DNA of 64,000 nt, taken from contig CM059432.1 in assembly GCA_030390025.1 (NCBI GenBank), positions 13,330,001 to 13,394,000 of the forward strand. The letters are read 5' to 3'. How positions within the stretch are numbered: position 1 is the first letter of the stretch; each line of letters opens with the position of its first letter. The position numbers and the translations under genes are program-made. Source of the DNA: Squalus acanthias. Lineage: Eukaryota. A model generated the notes under the pieces. That model ran no database searches. It saw nothing but the letters and a program-made list of their open reading frames with translations, and had not been told where the DNA came from. This document shows, piece after piece, positions 46,121-59,686 of this stretch.

Positions 46121-46391
46121 CAATTGAAGCAACAATTCCTCTCTTTTCAACTCCAACCCCCTTGACATAAGGGTCAACATTCCATTCAGCTTTTTGATTA
46201 CCTTTTTGTACCTGTGCACCGGCTTTTAGTGATTTGTGTACATGGACACCTAAATTCCTTTGCTCCTTCACAGTTCTTAGCCTCTCACCATGAAGAAAAT
46301 ATTCCAATTTTTATTTCTCGGACCAACAGTGGATAACCTCACATTTCCCAAATTAAACTCCATCTGCCATGGTTTTGCCCACTCACATAAT

Positions 46392-48449
46392 GGCCACGAT
46401 TTTGCTGACCTCGGCGGGTTCGGTGCGGCCGGGCTCGGTGGTGGCTCCCAGCCCCGCTGCTGGCTCCAGCCTGCTCTGTGAGATGATTTTTCATTGATAG
46501 GGCTTGTTAAGCCCACCCAGTGCGTTTCCCAGCCAATTGAAGGAAGCGGGTCTGATGACGTCTTTCGATGACGCGGCATCAGCCGGTTTCCTTAAAGGGA
46601 CCATGCGCAAAGTTAGTTTGACATTTGTGCTGTCAGTGTTCTACAGCATTGAGGTGCTGCAAACACTGACGAGCACTGCACAGAGGTGCACGGCTGCACC
46701 CAGGCTCTCCCATTGCTCCCTCCATAAGCTTATGGAAGGAGTCACAGCACGCAGGGAGGTTCTCTTCCCTTCCCATGGGCAGAAGAGAACTCCCCAGGAG
46801 ATCAACACAGCCTGGTTGCACATTGCACAGGAGGGCACACGCAGGGATGTCATCAGGAGGTCCAGGCTGCAGTGGCGCAAACATTTCAATGATCTCAATA
46901 GATCACAAAACTTTACTGCAAAGCCACACTCAACCTCATCCTGCTGTGCCACTCATCACATCCCTATCACTCTGCCTTCCCTACCCTACTCCTGCACATC
47001 CTTACTCACACCAACTTATCTTGCACCTCCACCCATCCCTCTCTATCTACATTATCACTTCCCCATCTCACTAGCCACCCCTCACACTCACCCTCATCCT
47101 AGTCCAATCATACCAACTAACAACACATATGGGTAGGCACTTGGGGGTGTTTTAGCCAATGTTTATGTGAAGTTTCTGTTAATGTGCTGTCAAACATTGA
47201 AATCTTTATTTTCAACACTTTGCGTTCTTGGACAGATTTGTGTGCACCTTTGGAAGTGGCTTAGTGAGTTGCAGTGAATGGTGAGACATAACGGTAACCC
47301 CCCACAATGGTCATGAATGTGAAAGGAATGGCTTGGGCATTATAGGGATGCTTTATGGTGTTGGTGTGGGGTGGTGCCAACCTGGCGCATCATGTGGCAG
47401 CCAGGCTGTACAGCATCAAGTGAAGTAAATCTGGCCATGGTGAGGCCATCCCTGGCCTCCTGGGCAGCAATGTGGTCGAGAGCTGATGCCCTCTGTCCTG
47501 TGCAGCATCAGTTGATTGTGGAGAAGGTTGGCGCTCTTGTTGTTGGTGCTGCTGGTGTGCCTGGTGCTGCTGGTGTTACATAGAAACATAGAAGATAGGA
47601 GCAGGAGTAGGCCATTCGGCCCCTCGAGCCTGTTCCGCCATTTAATGAGATCATGGCTGATCATCCAAATTCAGTACCCTGTCCCTGCTTTCTCCCCATA
47701 TCCCTTGATCCCTTTAGCCTTAAGAAATATATCTAACTCCTTCTTGAATATATTTAATGAATTGGCCTCAACTGCCTTCTGTTGTAGAGAATTCCACAGG
47801 TTCACCACTCTCTGGGTGAAGAAATTCCTCCTCATCTCAGTCCTAAATGGCTTACCGCTTACCCTTAGACTGTGACCCCTGGTTCTGGACTCCCCCGCCA
47901 TCGGAAACATCCTTCCTGCATCTAGTCTGTCTAGTCCTGTTAGAATTGGTGTTGGGGCTGATTGTGGTGGGATTCTGAGGACCAAGGTGAGATAGTTTCA
48001 AGGGCAATGATGCTGATGTAATAGATGGCAGATGAGGTTGAGATGACAGATGCGATCTGTCAATGGTGAGCGAGGTTGTTCCAATGAGGTGACATTGGAT
48101 AGAGGGTTTAATCCAAACACTTGCAACCCGCATAAAGCTCAATCTGTCTTCCAAATGCAGTAAGCAACAGCTTCTGAGCTTGGAAAGTGAACAGCTGTGA
48201 GATGGGAGCTTTTATACCACATTTGCAGCTGTCAAGTAAAGAGATCATTTCATGGCGACACGTCTCCCGACCTGCTTACCTGACGTGATCCCTGAGCAGC
48301 GTGGAACCTATGGGCGACCTCGTAAAATGTTACGGTCAGCTCAAAATTCTCTTTAACAAGCTGTTAACAAGCTCTTAATCACCTAAATTGCCTCCCCCGC
48401 CGCTTGGTGTCGGGTCTAATCAGCAATGACCCCCCAAACAATTCCTCCC
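46392..48449. mobile_element. Decayed Harbinger D (Myb exon on + at about 46680-46905; probable transposase 5' remnant on - at about 47370-47580)
   Basis: APRLSHCSLHKLMEGVTARREVLFP...AWLHIAQE...WRKHFNDLNRS. It interrupts a CR1 (CTCACATAAT | AGTCTGTTAAC) with flanks AAT/AGT; TIRs are weak. Confidence 0.65.
47580..47946 (-). mobile_element. Short young CR1 3' end inserted in Harbinger D
   Basis: Nearly the same sequence as 3495-3860. Confidence 0.9.
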
Positions 48450-49260
48450 AGTCTGTTAACGTCCCTTTGTACTTCCTGCTCCTACCAACACAGCTTACTG
48501 TGCCTCCTAACTTAGAGTCATCTAAAAACTTAGATATGCAACTCTCTATTCCTTCTGTAGGATTACCCATTAATAGTTCCGTTCAATTTACTGTGGTTAA
48601 TTTATTTTTCATCCCTTCAAAGTTTGCCTTCATTAAATTTAAAACCTTGGTTTGTGACTCTTCTTTCTCCCTCACAAACCTAATATCAAATTCAATCATA
48701 TTATGGTCACTATTTGCAAGATATACTCTTACTGTCTGATTGTTAGCTAACTCTGGCTCATTACTCATCACCAAATCTTGTATGGCCTGTCCCCTTGTTG
48801 ATTCTAAAACATATTATTCTAGAAAACTGTCCCAAATACATTCTAGAAATTCATTACCTTTACGACTTGAGCTGTTCTGCTTCTCCCAGTCTATGTGAAA
48901 ATTAAAATTGTACATTTTATCCAAATTGTTTTTGCTACATGCTTCCCTGATCTCTGTATTTATACATCCCCACTACATCATTACTTTCAAGAAGTCTGCA
49001 GGCAACTCCTACCAGACTCTTGCCCCCTTTGCTATTCTTTAACTCTACCCATAGTGTTTCCACTGTCTGATCGACCTGACCGAAATCTCTTTCCTCTACT
49101 GTTATAATTGTGTCTTTTATCAATATTGCTAATTCCTCTCCTTTCCCAATGTCCCTGTCCATTCCAAAGATCCTATAGCCTGCAACATTTATCTCTCAAT
49201 CATGCCCAGCTCAGTAGCCAGGTCTCTGTAATGGCTATTACATCATACCCTTAAGCTGAA
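48450..49260 (-). mobile_element. Old CR1 ORF2 fragments (RT and APE)
   Basis: ISKFLDDSKLGG; ANSDHNMIEFDI; ETLWVELKNSKG. Confidence 0.75.
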
Positions 49261-50752
49261 TTTGTAGTTCACACTCATGTATCAGGAATGCTGGATGAGA
49301 GAGCCAACAACACTGACGGAAGCCTCCATCCTGGCTGCCTTCCTCCTGACATCTATCTTGATGTCACAGCTCAAGTCCTTGGCTGCCTCTACTTCCTTGA
49401 GCCAGAGGCAATTGTATTCATTTTCACATTGAACCATTGATGTATCAGTGACGGATTTCCTAGAGGTAGCTTGAACAATATGTTTGTCTTTCTACTCTAT
49501 GCAGGACCTCAGACTGCTAGTCCGGCTTATATACCTCTGTTTGGGGTTGAGTCGCTGGCCATTCAGCAAGTCCTTGCCCAAAGCACATGTGAAGACTGGT
49601 TCTAGATAAGACACTGCATCTAGTAGAAAGAATAGAGGCAATAAATTAATTTTAACTCAGAATCTTTTTTCTCCTGCTTCCCCGTCCTCTTTCCTGAAAG
49701 CACAGAATCCTGCTGGGATACGGGATCATGGGTGCCAGAAGCTCGACAGTACCTCACCCAAGTGGCCTGTCTTCATCCATGATCACATTGGAAAATATTA
49801 ATTGTAATGGACAGGAAACCATGGGGAGCGTGCCTGCGATTTCTCAGTATCTGTTCCCGGTGAGCATGGTTCCACACTGTGAGTGTGATTTTGTAAAATT
49901 GGCCCTTAATGTGTCAGTAGGTTATTTGACCTTGAACCTGTCCTGCCCTCACCCAATATCCACGCATGCATATTTTCCCTTAGGATAGTGATTGAGAATG
50001 CGAACCCCCCATTTAATGTTTGCCCTCCCTAGCCCGGGTACTGAGGCTAACTGCAGCATGCCAACTGCCACCCCAGTGGAAAACAGCTAATTCAGCACTG
50101 AGTGAAAATAAAACCAGGAACCTTGCTGGTTTATATAGCTAAGATCCACTGACGCACAAAGCAGTCAAGGAATTCTAACTCAGATGTTTAAGTTTACTTA
50201 TGTGTTTGACCCTGAAAATAGATTAAATGTCACTTTTACAAGTTTGGGTCAGACGTAGATATTCTCTGGTGTCCACTGGTCACTCCCGTAAGTGATCCGA
50301 GTGTCTTACATCGAGGAGTGTACCCGTGCTACCCCATGTCTAATTATACTGTGACATAACCAAGGGCTGTAACAAATGTACTACATTGCGATCTGAACTG
50401 GAAGTAATGTCTTTCACATGTGCTCTCACACGTACTTCTTCAATCTTTTAAAAGGTGGACGGAAAAACACATCAGCGGGTCGAAGCTAGATATGAACCAT
50501 TAAGCTGCTTTATTTTACAGGCAGCAAGTGACCAGGCAGGGGTGAAATTGGTCTACGCCACTGGAAAAGAAAATTGGGTAACAGTGTAAAAGAGGCTGTC
50601 GATTTGCTTTAACCGTGTTTTGTACGACTGGTGTAGACCAATTTCACTTCCACGGACTAACAGTTATAAACAAACCTCACTTTTTCCACTCAGTTTTACT
50701 GTTCTCCTCAAAAAATTACAAAAAATAATAAACTACATGACATAGAGCCACA

Positions 50753-51592
50753 GGGCTGGATTTTGTGAATGGAGACGTGCTGGAGGCGGGACTGCTGCTT
50801 GCCAGGTCTCAGTTCCGCCTCCATCATGTTCTGGCCAACCATCAGGATTTTCCCCTGATTGACCTTGTTAAGCCTGCCCAGCAGGCTCAGCAGGCCAATT
50901 AGGGGGGAAGTCACTGACAGAGCACGTCAACATCTGACGTGCTATCTGTCAAGTCTTCTTGAAAGAAGAAATGTCAGCGTTTGACAACTCTGTGAAGCTG
51001 TCAAACGCTGACATTCTGTGTAATTTGATGAGCCCTTGTGTTCAGGACTCATCAAACCTTTCAACTTTGTAGAAGCAGATGACTGTTGGTTCGGAGGATC
51101 CAACAGCCAGTCTGTGAAATCTACAACGATGATGTCGGGACTCCAGAACCACCGCGGCTGAAGGCTGAAGGCAGAAACAAAGGTAAGTGAACATTTTCTA
51201 ACACTTAACACTCACCTCACATACTTACCACTCCACACTTGCACCCATCACTCACCTCTACATCTCACTTTCAGGCCCCTCCGACGCCCGCAGACCTCCT
51301 ACTCGACTCCTTCAACCTGGCGGGGTTCTCTGAGGTCGGGAAGCCTTCACCTGAAAAGGTAAAATGGGACTAATCCTTTTTTCTGCCTGTTAATGTTAAC
51401 AGCCAGAAAAAAGGATTTAATCCCTTTACCGCCTCGAGGAGACGGGACCCGAAGCAGGACATCTTCCTGCCTCCTGGCAAAAGGGCACAGAGGCGGGATG
51501 GGGGCGGGTTTGCCATCCGCCCCCACTTTCTGCAACTTTACCGGCAGTCCTGCCTCCATGCCCGCCTCCTCGGGGCTGACAAAATCCAGCCC
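50753..51592. mobile_element. Harbinger-type MITE (840 bp), GGGCTGGATTTT TIR
   Basis: TIR GGGCTGGATTTTGT / ACAAAATCCAGCCC with flanks ACA/ATA; inserted in a CR1 tail repeat. Confidence 0.8.
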
Positions 51593-52175
51593 ATAGAGTC
51601 ATACGGCACAGAAGGAGTCCATTCGGCCCATCGAGTCCGTGCTGGCTCTCTGTAGAGCAATCCAGTCAGTCCCATTGCCCTGCTCTATCCCCGTAGCCCT
51701 GCAAGTTTATTTCCTTCAAGTGCCTATCCAGTCTCCCCTTGAAAACATTGAGTGTCTCCGCTTCCACCACTTCCGTCAGCAGCGAATTCCAGGTCCTCAC
51801 CACTCGCTGCGTAAAAAAGTTTTCCTCACATCCCCCCTGTATCTCTTGCCCAAAACCTTAAATCTGTGTCCCCTAGTCCTTGTACCATCAACTAGTGGGA
51901 ACAGCCATTCCCTGTCTAACCTATCCAAACCGTCATAATCTTGTACACCTCTATCAAATCACCCCTCAACCTCCTTTGCTCTAATGAAAACAAATCCAGC
52001 TTCTCCAACCTGCCCTTGTAGCTAAGATCCCCCATCCCCGGAACCATTCTGGTAAATCTTCTCTGCACCCTCTCAAGGGCCTTCACATCCTTCCTAAAGT
52101 GCGGTGATCAGAACTGGATGCAATACTCCAGTTGTGGCCTAACCAGCGCTTTATAAAGGTTCAGCATAACATGTC
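51593..52175 (-). mobile_element. CR1 LINE 3' fragment
   Basis: MLNLYKALVRPQLEYCIQF; tail CATAGAGT repeats. Confidence 0.8.
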
Positions 52176-52974
52176 CCTTTTGCGGGCTGAATTGCTTGAT
52201 TTTGGCATCACCTTTTTGTCTAGACAACTTCGAACTGCAAAAATTGTCGACCTGCAACTTCGCTTCTCGACCCTGGCCTTCCCCTCGCAGTCCCCTGTTT
52301 AAAACCTGACTGAATGCCCACGTGTCACTTTTCTCTTTTTCCCTTCCTGCATTCACAGGAAGTAGTAGAGCATTGACTCCAACTCCTACCCTATTCGGGG
52401 ATTCACCAGTAGTCCTGTCAACCAAACTGATTACCGCCTCTCCCAAGAGCATATTGGGCTCAGATAAATAGAATCATCCCAACTTCAATAGATGTGGATG
52501 TTTGTTAGGCCACTTGTGATGAGACAATAAATTGTTTATTGCCCCTGGTCATTCTGGAAAACCGTAAAGATAGTTGACTCAATAACACGCCAAGCCCCCA
52601 TTCTTCCCTCCACTATCTCAGTGGCGCCAGACGATGGCTTTTTAAAACTGTGCAAACCCACCGAATTTTACCGAATTTTAAAACACCACACTTAAACATC
52701 ATTCATTTCGAAACCTTTCCATGAAAATAATGATCAAAAAACCTGAAATGTGACAGTCACCTAAAGAAATTTATGTCCGGATTATATATTTAGAGACTTC
52801 GGTCACTTTGTCCCAGGAGGTGGTTTCTAAATGTTGATTTGATCTTATTTTAATAAAAAAATGCTTTTTATTTAACAAATTTGCATTTTCTTTGTCATGT
52901 ATTGTCTTCTGACCTCCTATTGAAATTAAATCAATAAATTAATTAATTTCTTGATAAATTAATTGCATTAAAAG

Positions 52975-53600
52975 AAAATAAATATTTGAATTTATATAAC
53001 GCTTTTCATGACCTCAAGACATCCCAAAGCGCTTTACAGCAAATGAAGTACTTTTTGAAGTGTAGTCTCTGTTGTAATGTGGGAAACGCAGCAGCCAAAT
53101 TGCGCACAGCAAGCTCCCACAAACAGCAAAGTGATAATGACCAGATAATCTGTTTTAGTCATGTTGGTTGAGGCATAAATATTGGCCAGGACGCCCCTGC
53201 TCTTCTTCGAAATAGTGCCGTAAAATCTTTCACGTCCACCTGAGAGGGAAGACGGGGCCTTGGTTTAACGTCTCATCCAAAGGACAGTACTTCTGAGGGG
53301 AAGCACTCCCTCAGTACTGCACTAGCGTGTCAGACAAATTTAGTGCTCGAGTCAGCCGCAGCTCAGTTGATCGCACACTTGCCTGTGAATCAGAAGCTTG
53401 TGTGTTTAAGTCCCACTCCAGAGATTTGAGCACAACAGTGACTCCACTTAAAAAGTACTTAATTTGCGGTAAAGCGCTTTGGGATGTCCTAAGGACATGA
53501 AAGACACTATATAAATACAAGTCTTTTCTTTTTTTCTTTTCTTTTAAGTCTCTGGAGTGGGACTTGAAGCCACAACCTGCTGACTCAGAGGCGAGACTGA
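52975..53600 (-). mobile_element. Cluster of Deu-domain SINE copies and fragments
   Basis: Deu core at 53190-53330, with additional head and tail pieces to ~53600. Confidence 0.75.
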
Positions 53601-53662
53601 GCTGAATGTTTAACTTCAATATCAAACGATAGTTGATAAGTGCACAAAACATGCTTGCACGA

Positions 53663-54155
53663 TCTTCTCTTCTTAGGCAGTCCCTGGGAACCGAGGATGA
53701 CTTGCTTCCACATTAAAAATGAGTTCTCCGGTGACTGATGAGTCCAATGCGGGACCTACAGTCTCTGTCACAGGTGGGGCAGACGGTGGTTGAAGGGGCG
53801 AGTGGGTGGGGTGCTTGGGTTGACGTGCGCTCCTTCCGCTGCTTGCGCTTGGCTTCCGCTTGCTCCCGACGAAGAGACTCGAGGTGTTCGGCGCCTTCCT
53901 GGATGCTTCTCCTCCACTTTGTGCGGTCTTGGGCCAAGGATTCCCAGGTGTCGGTGAGGATGTTGCACTTTTTCAAGAAGGCTTTGAGGGTGTCCTTGAA
54001 GCGTTTCCTCTGCCCACCTGGGGCTCTCTTGCCGTGTCGGAGCTCCGAGGAGAGCGCTTGTTTTGGGAGTCTCGTATCGGGCATGCGGACGATGTGACCC
54101 GTCCATCGGAGTTGATCGAGCGTGGTCAAAGCTTCGATGCTGGGGATGTTGGCCT
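53663..54155 (-). mobile_element. RTE-clade LINE 3' end
   Basis: QANIPSIEALTTLDQLRWTGHIVRMPDTRLPKQ...CPTCDRDC...HRRTHF. Confidence 0.9.
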
Positions 54156-55232
54156 GTGAGTGTTGCACTATACTCGTAATGCAGTTCTTCCCATCACTCC
54201 AGTCTCACTGCGCTAATGCACTGTACACAAAGAGTATCACTGTGCTCCTGTGAACATGTGATGCTGTCACTTATGAGTCGCTTCACAGTTTTTTCAAATG
54301 CCAACTCAAAATGACAATTATGGAGATTTTCTGTCAAACTCTGAAGGTGTTTATACACTGACAGTGTTCTGCCGGCATTCGGCCCTCTGTCTTCCTACCA
54401 CTGATGCCACATTACACTAAAAGGGAGTTGAATGTCTAATGCTTGGCTTTCGGTGGATCCTGATAATGTAGATTAGAGGTGTGTTAGAAGTGTGCCTCTT
54501 CCTATTGGTAAACGGGACATATATTTTAGCCCCTCAAATCTTCTCCCTTCCTTCCCCTGCCCTTTTGAAGGTGTTGGCTCCCTCACTGTGAACTGGTTCC
54601 ACGGGCAGCAGTCACGCTCTGGTACCTCATCCAAATGGCTGTTGTTCATGTGTGAACTTTGACAGTGAATGCCAGCAGGCTATCTGACTATGGAGGAGAT
54701 CACAACTGAGCCTAACCCTGTCTTCGCTCAGCTTACACATTCACACGGTTCCAGCAGTCAGAAATGGGAAGTCTGGTCAACTTTCCCTTCCTTAATTGTA
54801 GGCCACCGTGACCAGTAGTGGTACCCTTGCTGCGGACTCAGCTATCTCAGCACTGGTCAGACATCGAAACTGGGGCTTCCCTGGTCTGTCGGGCTCAGAG
54901 ACAGGGACTTCACTTCTGAGTCATTGGAGGACCAAATCTCATCTTTTTGAAGGTCTTTGTGAAAAGCAGTGTTTTGGTGTATCACCATTATTGGTGCTCC
55001 ACCATACTGCACCATAGATGGACTAATTGCAGCTTCTCCAAATGATGGGTTTACAATCTCAACCATACCATACGGGGAAGCATAGAATGGAGGCTAGATA
55101 GTTACCTTGAGAAAGTAGAATCTAAAGACCCAAGGCCTCAAGGGTACTCCGTCCCACCTCTACCATCTGGCTCAAGAGCGGCACTGGCACAGACTTAAGG
55201 CTAGTTTGCCTTTTGAAGCAGGGAAAGATGTC

Positions 55233-56888
55233 ATAGAATCATAGAATGATGCAACACAGAATGAAGCCATTTGGCCCATCGTGCCTATGCCGGCTCTTTG
55301 GTAGAGCTATCCAACTAGTCCCACTTTCCCGCTTTGTCCCCATAGCCCTGCAAATATTTTCCCTTCAAGTATTTATCCAATTCCCTTTTGAAAATGACTA
55401 TTGAATTTGCTTCCACCGCCCTTTCAGGCAGTGCATTCCAGATCACAACAACTCGCTGTGTACAAAAATGTTTCCTCGTGTCTCCCCTGATACTTTTGCC
55501 AATCACCTTAAATCTGTGTCCTCTGGTTACCAACCCTTCTGCCACTGGAAACAGTTTCTCCTTATTTACTCGATCAAAACTGTTCATGATTTTGATCACC
55601 TCTGCCAAATCTCCTCTTAACCTTCTCTACCCAAAGGCGAACAACCCCAACTTTTCCATTCTTTCCATCCCTGATACCATTCTAGTAAATCTCTTCAGCA
55701 CCCTCTCTATGGCCTTGACATCCTTCCTAAAGTGCGGTGCTCAGAATTGAACACAATACTTCAGCTGGGGCCTAACCAGTGTTTTATAAAGGTTTAGCAT
55801 AACTTCCTTGCTTTTGTACTCCATACTTCTATTAATAAAGCCAAGGATCCCATATGTTTTTTTTAACAGCCGTCTCAACTTGTCCTGCCACCTTCAAAGA
55901 TTTGTGTACATACACCCCCAGGTCTCTCTGTTCCCCTTTAAAACTGTATCATTTAGTTTATAATGCCTCGGTTCATTCTTCCGACCAAAATGTATCACTT
56001 CACACTTCTCTACTTTAAATTTCATCTGCCATGTGTCTGGCCCATTTCACCAGTCTGTCTATGTCCTCCTGAAGTCTGTTACTATCCTCCTCATTGTTGA
56101 CTACAGTTCCGAGTTTCGTGTCATCTGCAAACTTTGAAATGATGCCCTGTATACCCAAGTCCAGGTCATGAATATAAATATCAAAAAGAGCAGTGGACCC
56201 AATACCGCCCCCTGTAGGACACCACTGTATACTTCACTCTAGTCTGAAAAACAACCGTTCACCACCACTCTCTGTTTTCTGTCCCTCAGCCAATTATGTA
56301 TCTACAGCCACTGTCCTTTTATTCCTATGGGCTTTAATTTTGCTAACAGGTCTATAATGGGGTACTTTCCTACATTACAACAATGGCTACACTTCAAAAA
56401 GTACTTAATTGGCTGTAAAGTGCTTTTGGGACGTCCGGTGGTCGTGAAAGGCACTATATAAATGCAAGTCTTTTTTTTTCTTTGTCAAATGCCTTTTGAA
56501 AGTCCATATACACAACATTAATCACACAACCCTCATCAACCCTCTCTTGTTACTTCATCAAATTACTCAATCAAGTTAGTCAAACATGATTCTCCTTTAA
56601 CAAATCCATGCTGACTTTCATTTATTAGTCCATACTTTTCCAAGTGCCAATTAATTTTATCCTGGATTACTGTCTCTAAATGTTTCCCCACCACCGACAT
56701 TAAGCTGACTGGCCTGTAGTTGCCGGGTTTATCCCTCGCTCCCTTTTCTAAACAGGGGGGTAACATTTGCAATCCTCCAGTCCTCTGGCACCACCCCCAG
56801 ATCCAAGGAGGATTGGAAGATTGTGGCCAGAGCCTCTGCAATTTCAACCCTTACTGCCCTCAGTAACCTAGGATGCATCCCATTCGGA
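55233..56888 (-). mobile_element. CR1 LINE RT-to-tail fragment with a SINE tail inserted at about 56368-56480
   Basis: PGNYRPVSL...SQHGFVKGESCLTNLIE; TRGHRFKVIGK...IWNALP. Confidence 0.85.
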
Positions 56889-58014
56889 CCCCCCCACCCA
56901 CCCACCATAGAGGAGAAGATCTGGTGGTATTTGTAATTACATCATAAACCTATTGACAAGACTACAACCAATTCTTAGTTTTGTCCCATTACATTAAATC
57001 AGAATCGATTATTAAATTTTTGAACGTTAAAACTCTGCACAGCTGGCTTCCAAAATAAAATAAATCCTGATCCACTTTAATGAGTGAAAGCTAAAACAAT
57101 ACCTCAACGCTCGTTAGCAGGTGTGTGTGTATTCCCTCATCAAACATCATTGAAGAGTGTCAGAATGCAGCACAGGCCATTATTACTCTGATGTGCTGTG
57201 CTGCAATGTTCCAGTTGACACGTTTCCAATCTTGGCTATGGTGCAAGGGAGGAGTGAAGCCAAGCTTCCTTCGAGGGTTGGAAAATTGGCTGGTTATGGG
57301 TTTTTTTTGGCAGAAGCTTGTGAAAAGGTTTCAGCTTGGAAATAGAGAGTGGCTCATTGAGATCTAAACAGAAAGCGAGGGGGGAATAGGGCAAAATATG
57401 TTTTTAATTTAATTTTGAACGCTTTCTCCCTCTCCCTCCAGGTTTCCCCTTCAAGCCTGAGGGCAGCGACTCATGATAGAATTTGGTTCCATGATCCATG
57501 GGCACCCCCAGGACTTCCAATGCTTTGCCCGTTCTTCATGTGTGAACCTCGACCGTGAGTGTTGGTTGCTATTTGACTGTAGGAGGGGTCACTGTCAGGC
57601 CTGATGACAGCCTCACTCAATATCACATCAATTTCAGAGGACCGGCATCAACAAAGGAATTGATAGGCATTCACATGTAGGGGGAAAATGTATAAACATT
57701 AGACAGTGCCACAGGCGACGGCTAATTTCCTTCATTACCAGTGATACTGCTAACCGGCAGTCGAGCCCAGCCCTGGAAAACAGCCTACTGAGGTGGTTCA
57801 ATACTCCTCTAGCAGCAGTCACACTGCAGCATTTATACTGCAGTGTTGTCATTGAAATTGGAGCTGCGATTGGTGGCAGTGCTGTAATATAACTTAGAAT
57901 TACATAAAGTCTACAGTACAGAAATAGGCCATTAAGCCCAACTGGTCTATGCGGGTGTTTATGCTCCACACGAGCCTCCTCCCTCCCCTCTTCATCTAAC
58001 CCGACAACTAGGGT

Positions 58015-58899
58015 ACAAGAGCAAAATACTGCGGATGCTGGAAATCTGAAACAACAACAGAAAATGCTGGAAATACTCGGCAGGTCAGAGAGAGAAACAG
58101 AGTTAACGTTTCAGGTCGATGACCCTTGGCCAGAACTGGAAAAAATTGGAGAAGTGGGGCAGGGAAAGGGAGGAGGGGAGGAAAGAACAAAAGGGAAGGT
58201 CTGTGATAGGGTGGAAGGCAGGAGAGATTGAAAGACAAAAGGGATGATGGTGCGAGGCAAAAGGAGATGGTAATGGGACAAATTAAGAAATAAAAGATGA
58301 GTCTAGATGAGGTGTAATTGGTACTGGCAGAATCATCAACAGCTGCCATGTGAGGGAAGAAAGAAAACAAAGGGATCGAGGTTATGGTCTGAAATTGTTG
58401 AACTCGCTGTTGAGTCCAGAAGGCTGTAAAGTGCCTAATCGAAAGATGAGGTGCTGTTCCTCGAGCTTACATTGAGCTTCGTTGGAACAGTGTAAGAGGC
58501 CAAGGACAGAGAGATCAGAGTGGGAGTGGAGCGGAGAATTAAAGTGACAGGCGACCGGTAGCTCGGGGTCACCCTTACGGACTGAACGGAGGTGTTCCAC
58601 ATTTACACCTCATCTAGAGTCATCTTTTGTTTCTTAACTTGTCCCATTACCATCTCCTTTTGCCTCGCACCATCATCCCTTTCATCTTTTAATCTCTCCT
58701 GCCTTCCATCCTATCACAGACCTTCCCTTTGTTCTTTCCTCCCCTCCCCCGCCCCACACTTGCTTAAAAATTTGTTACTTCTCCAACTTTTTCCAGTTCT
58801 GACGAAGGGTCATCGGCCTGAAACATTAACTCTGTTTCTCTCTTCACAGATGCTGCCTGACCTGCTGAGTATTTCCAGCATTTTCTGCTGTTGTTTCCA
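58015..58899 (-). mobile_element. Penelope-like element 3' end with an inverted partial repeat (minus 58015-58600, plus 58601-58899)
   Basis: GIY-YIG C-terminus EHLRSV...PVACHFNS...EEQHLIFRLGTLQPSGLN; a hammerhead motif in each arm; 11-bp TSD ACAAC(T/A)AGGGT (58004-58014 / 58900-58910). Confidence 0.85.
58795..58831 (+). ncRNA. Minimal type-I hammerhead motif, core intact
   Basis: AGTT-CTGACGA-A-GGGTC-ATC-GGCCT-GAAA-CA-TT-AACT. The mirror copy at 58101-58137 (-) has a mutated CUGGCCA box. Confidence 0.7.
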
Positions 58900-59009
58900 A
58901 CAACAAGGGTGTTAGGTACAACATTTTTGGTAACTGGCCAACCTAATACCTGACATAAAAAGAGAAAATACTAAAAATTCTCAGCAGGTCAGGCACAAAA
59001 GGCTTCACA

Positions 59010-59466
59010 GAGTTCAAAAACAGCGCGAGAGCGGGAGAAACCGGAGTTCAAAAACAGCACGAGAGCGGGAGAAGCCAGAGTTCAAAAACAGCACGAGAGC
59101 GGGAGAAGCCAGAGTTCAAAAACAGCACGAGAGCGGGAGAAGCCAGAGTTCAAAAACAGCACGAGAGCGGGAGAAGCCGGAGTTCAAAAACAGCGCGAGA
59201 GCGGGAGAAGCCGGAGTTCAAAAACAGCACGAGAGCGGGAGAAGCCAGAGTTCAAAAACAGCACGAGAGCGGGAGAAGCCGGAGTTCAAAAACAGCACGA
59301 GAGCGGGAGAAGCCGGAGTTCAAAAACAGCACGAGAGCGGGAGAAGCCGGAGTTCAAAAACAGCGTGAGAGCGGGAGAAGCCGGAGTTCAAAAACAGCAC
59401 GAGAGCGGGAGAAGCCGGAGTTCAAAAACAGCACGAGAGCGGGAGAAGCCAGAGTTCAAAAACAGC
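59010..59466 (+). repeat. 34-bp tandem array (13 full units plus a partial) at the CR1 5' end
   Basis: Unit GAGTTCAAAAACAGC(A/G)CGAGAGCGGGAGAAGCC(G/A); head-to-tail with no spacers. Confidence 0.92.
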
Positions 59467-59686
59467 AGCGGTGGCGGCAGAGCAGACCTAGGAGGAGCGG
59501 CGAGACGGCGGTGGTACCAACTCAGCACCGGCAGAATTTTCAAAGAGTGACGTCAGAAGTCAAAAGTGACGTTGGCACAAGAGGAGGGAGCTGATTGGTG
59601 AGTAGCTGGTAAGTGTTTATACTTGGCTTTCTGAAAGTTTTTAGTTTATTCCAGCTAGGTTAGCAAATAGTCTGTTAAGTAGAGTT

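Larger units (their letters stand above)
32175..46309 (+). repeat. Old tandem duplication of a ~650-bp composite CR1 segment (copy 1: 32175-32794 + 36155-36161 + 45269-45298; copy 2: 45296-46309)
   Basis: Both copies share the same junction between opposite-strand CR1 fragments and the same internal deletion (GGCTTAGATCTAATACTGAATGCAGAATG). Confidence 0.8.

Noticed and set aside
59010..59025. Pol III B box in the 34-bp monomer (GTTCAAAAAC)
   Set aside because: It misses the GTTCRANNC spacing by one base and there is no A box.
59010..59466. CRISPR-like array
   Set aside because: Units are contiguous with no unique spacers, there are no cas genes, and the context is a eukaryotic LINE 5' end.
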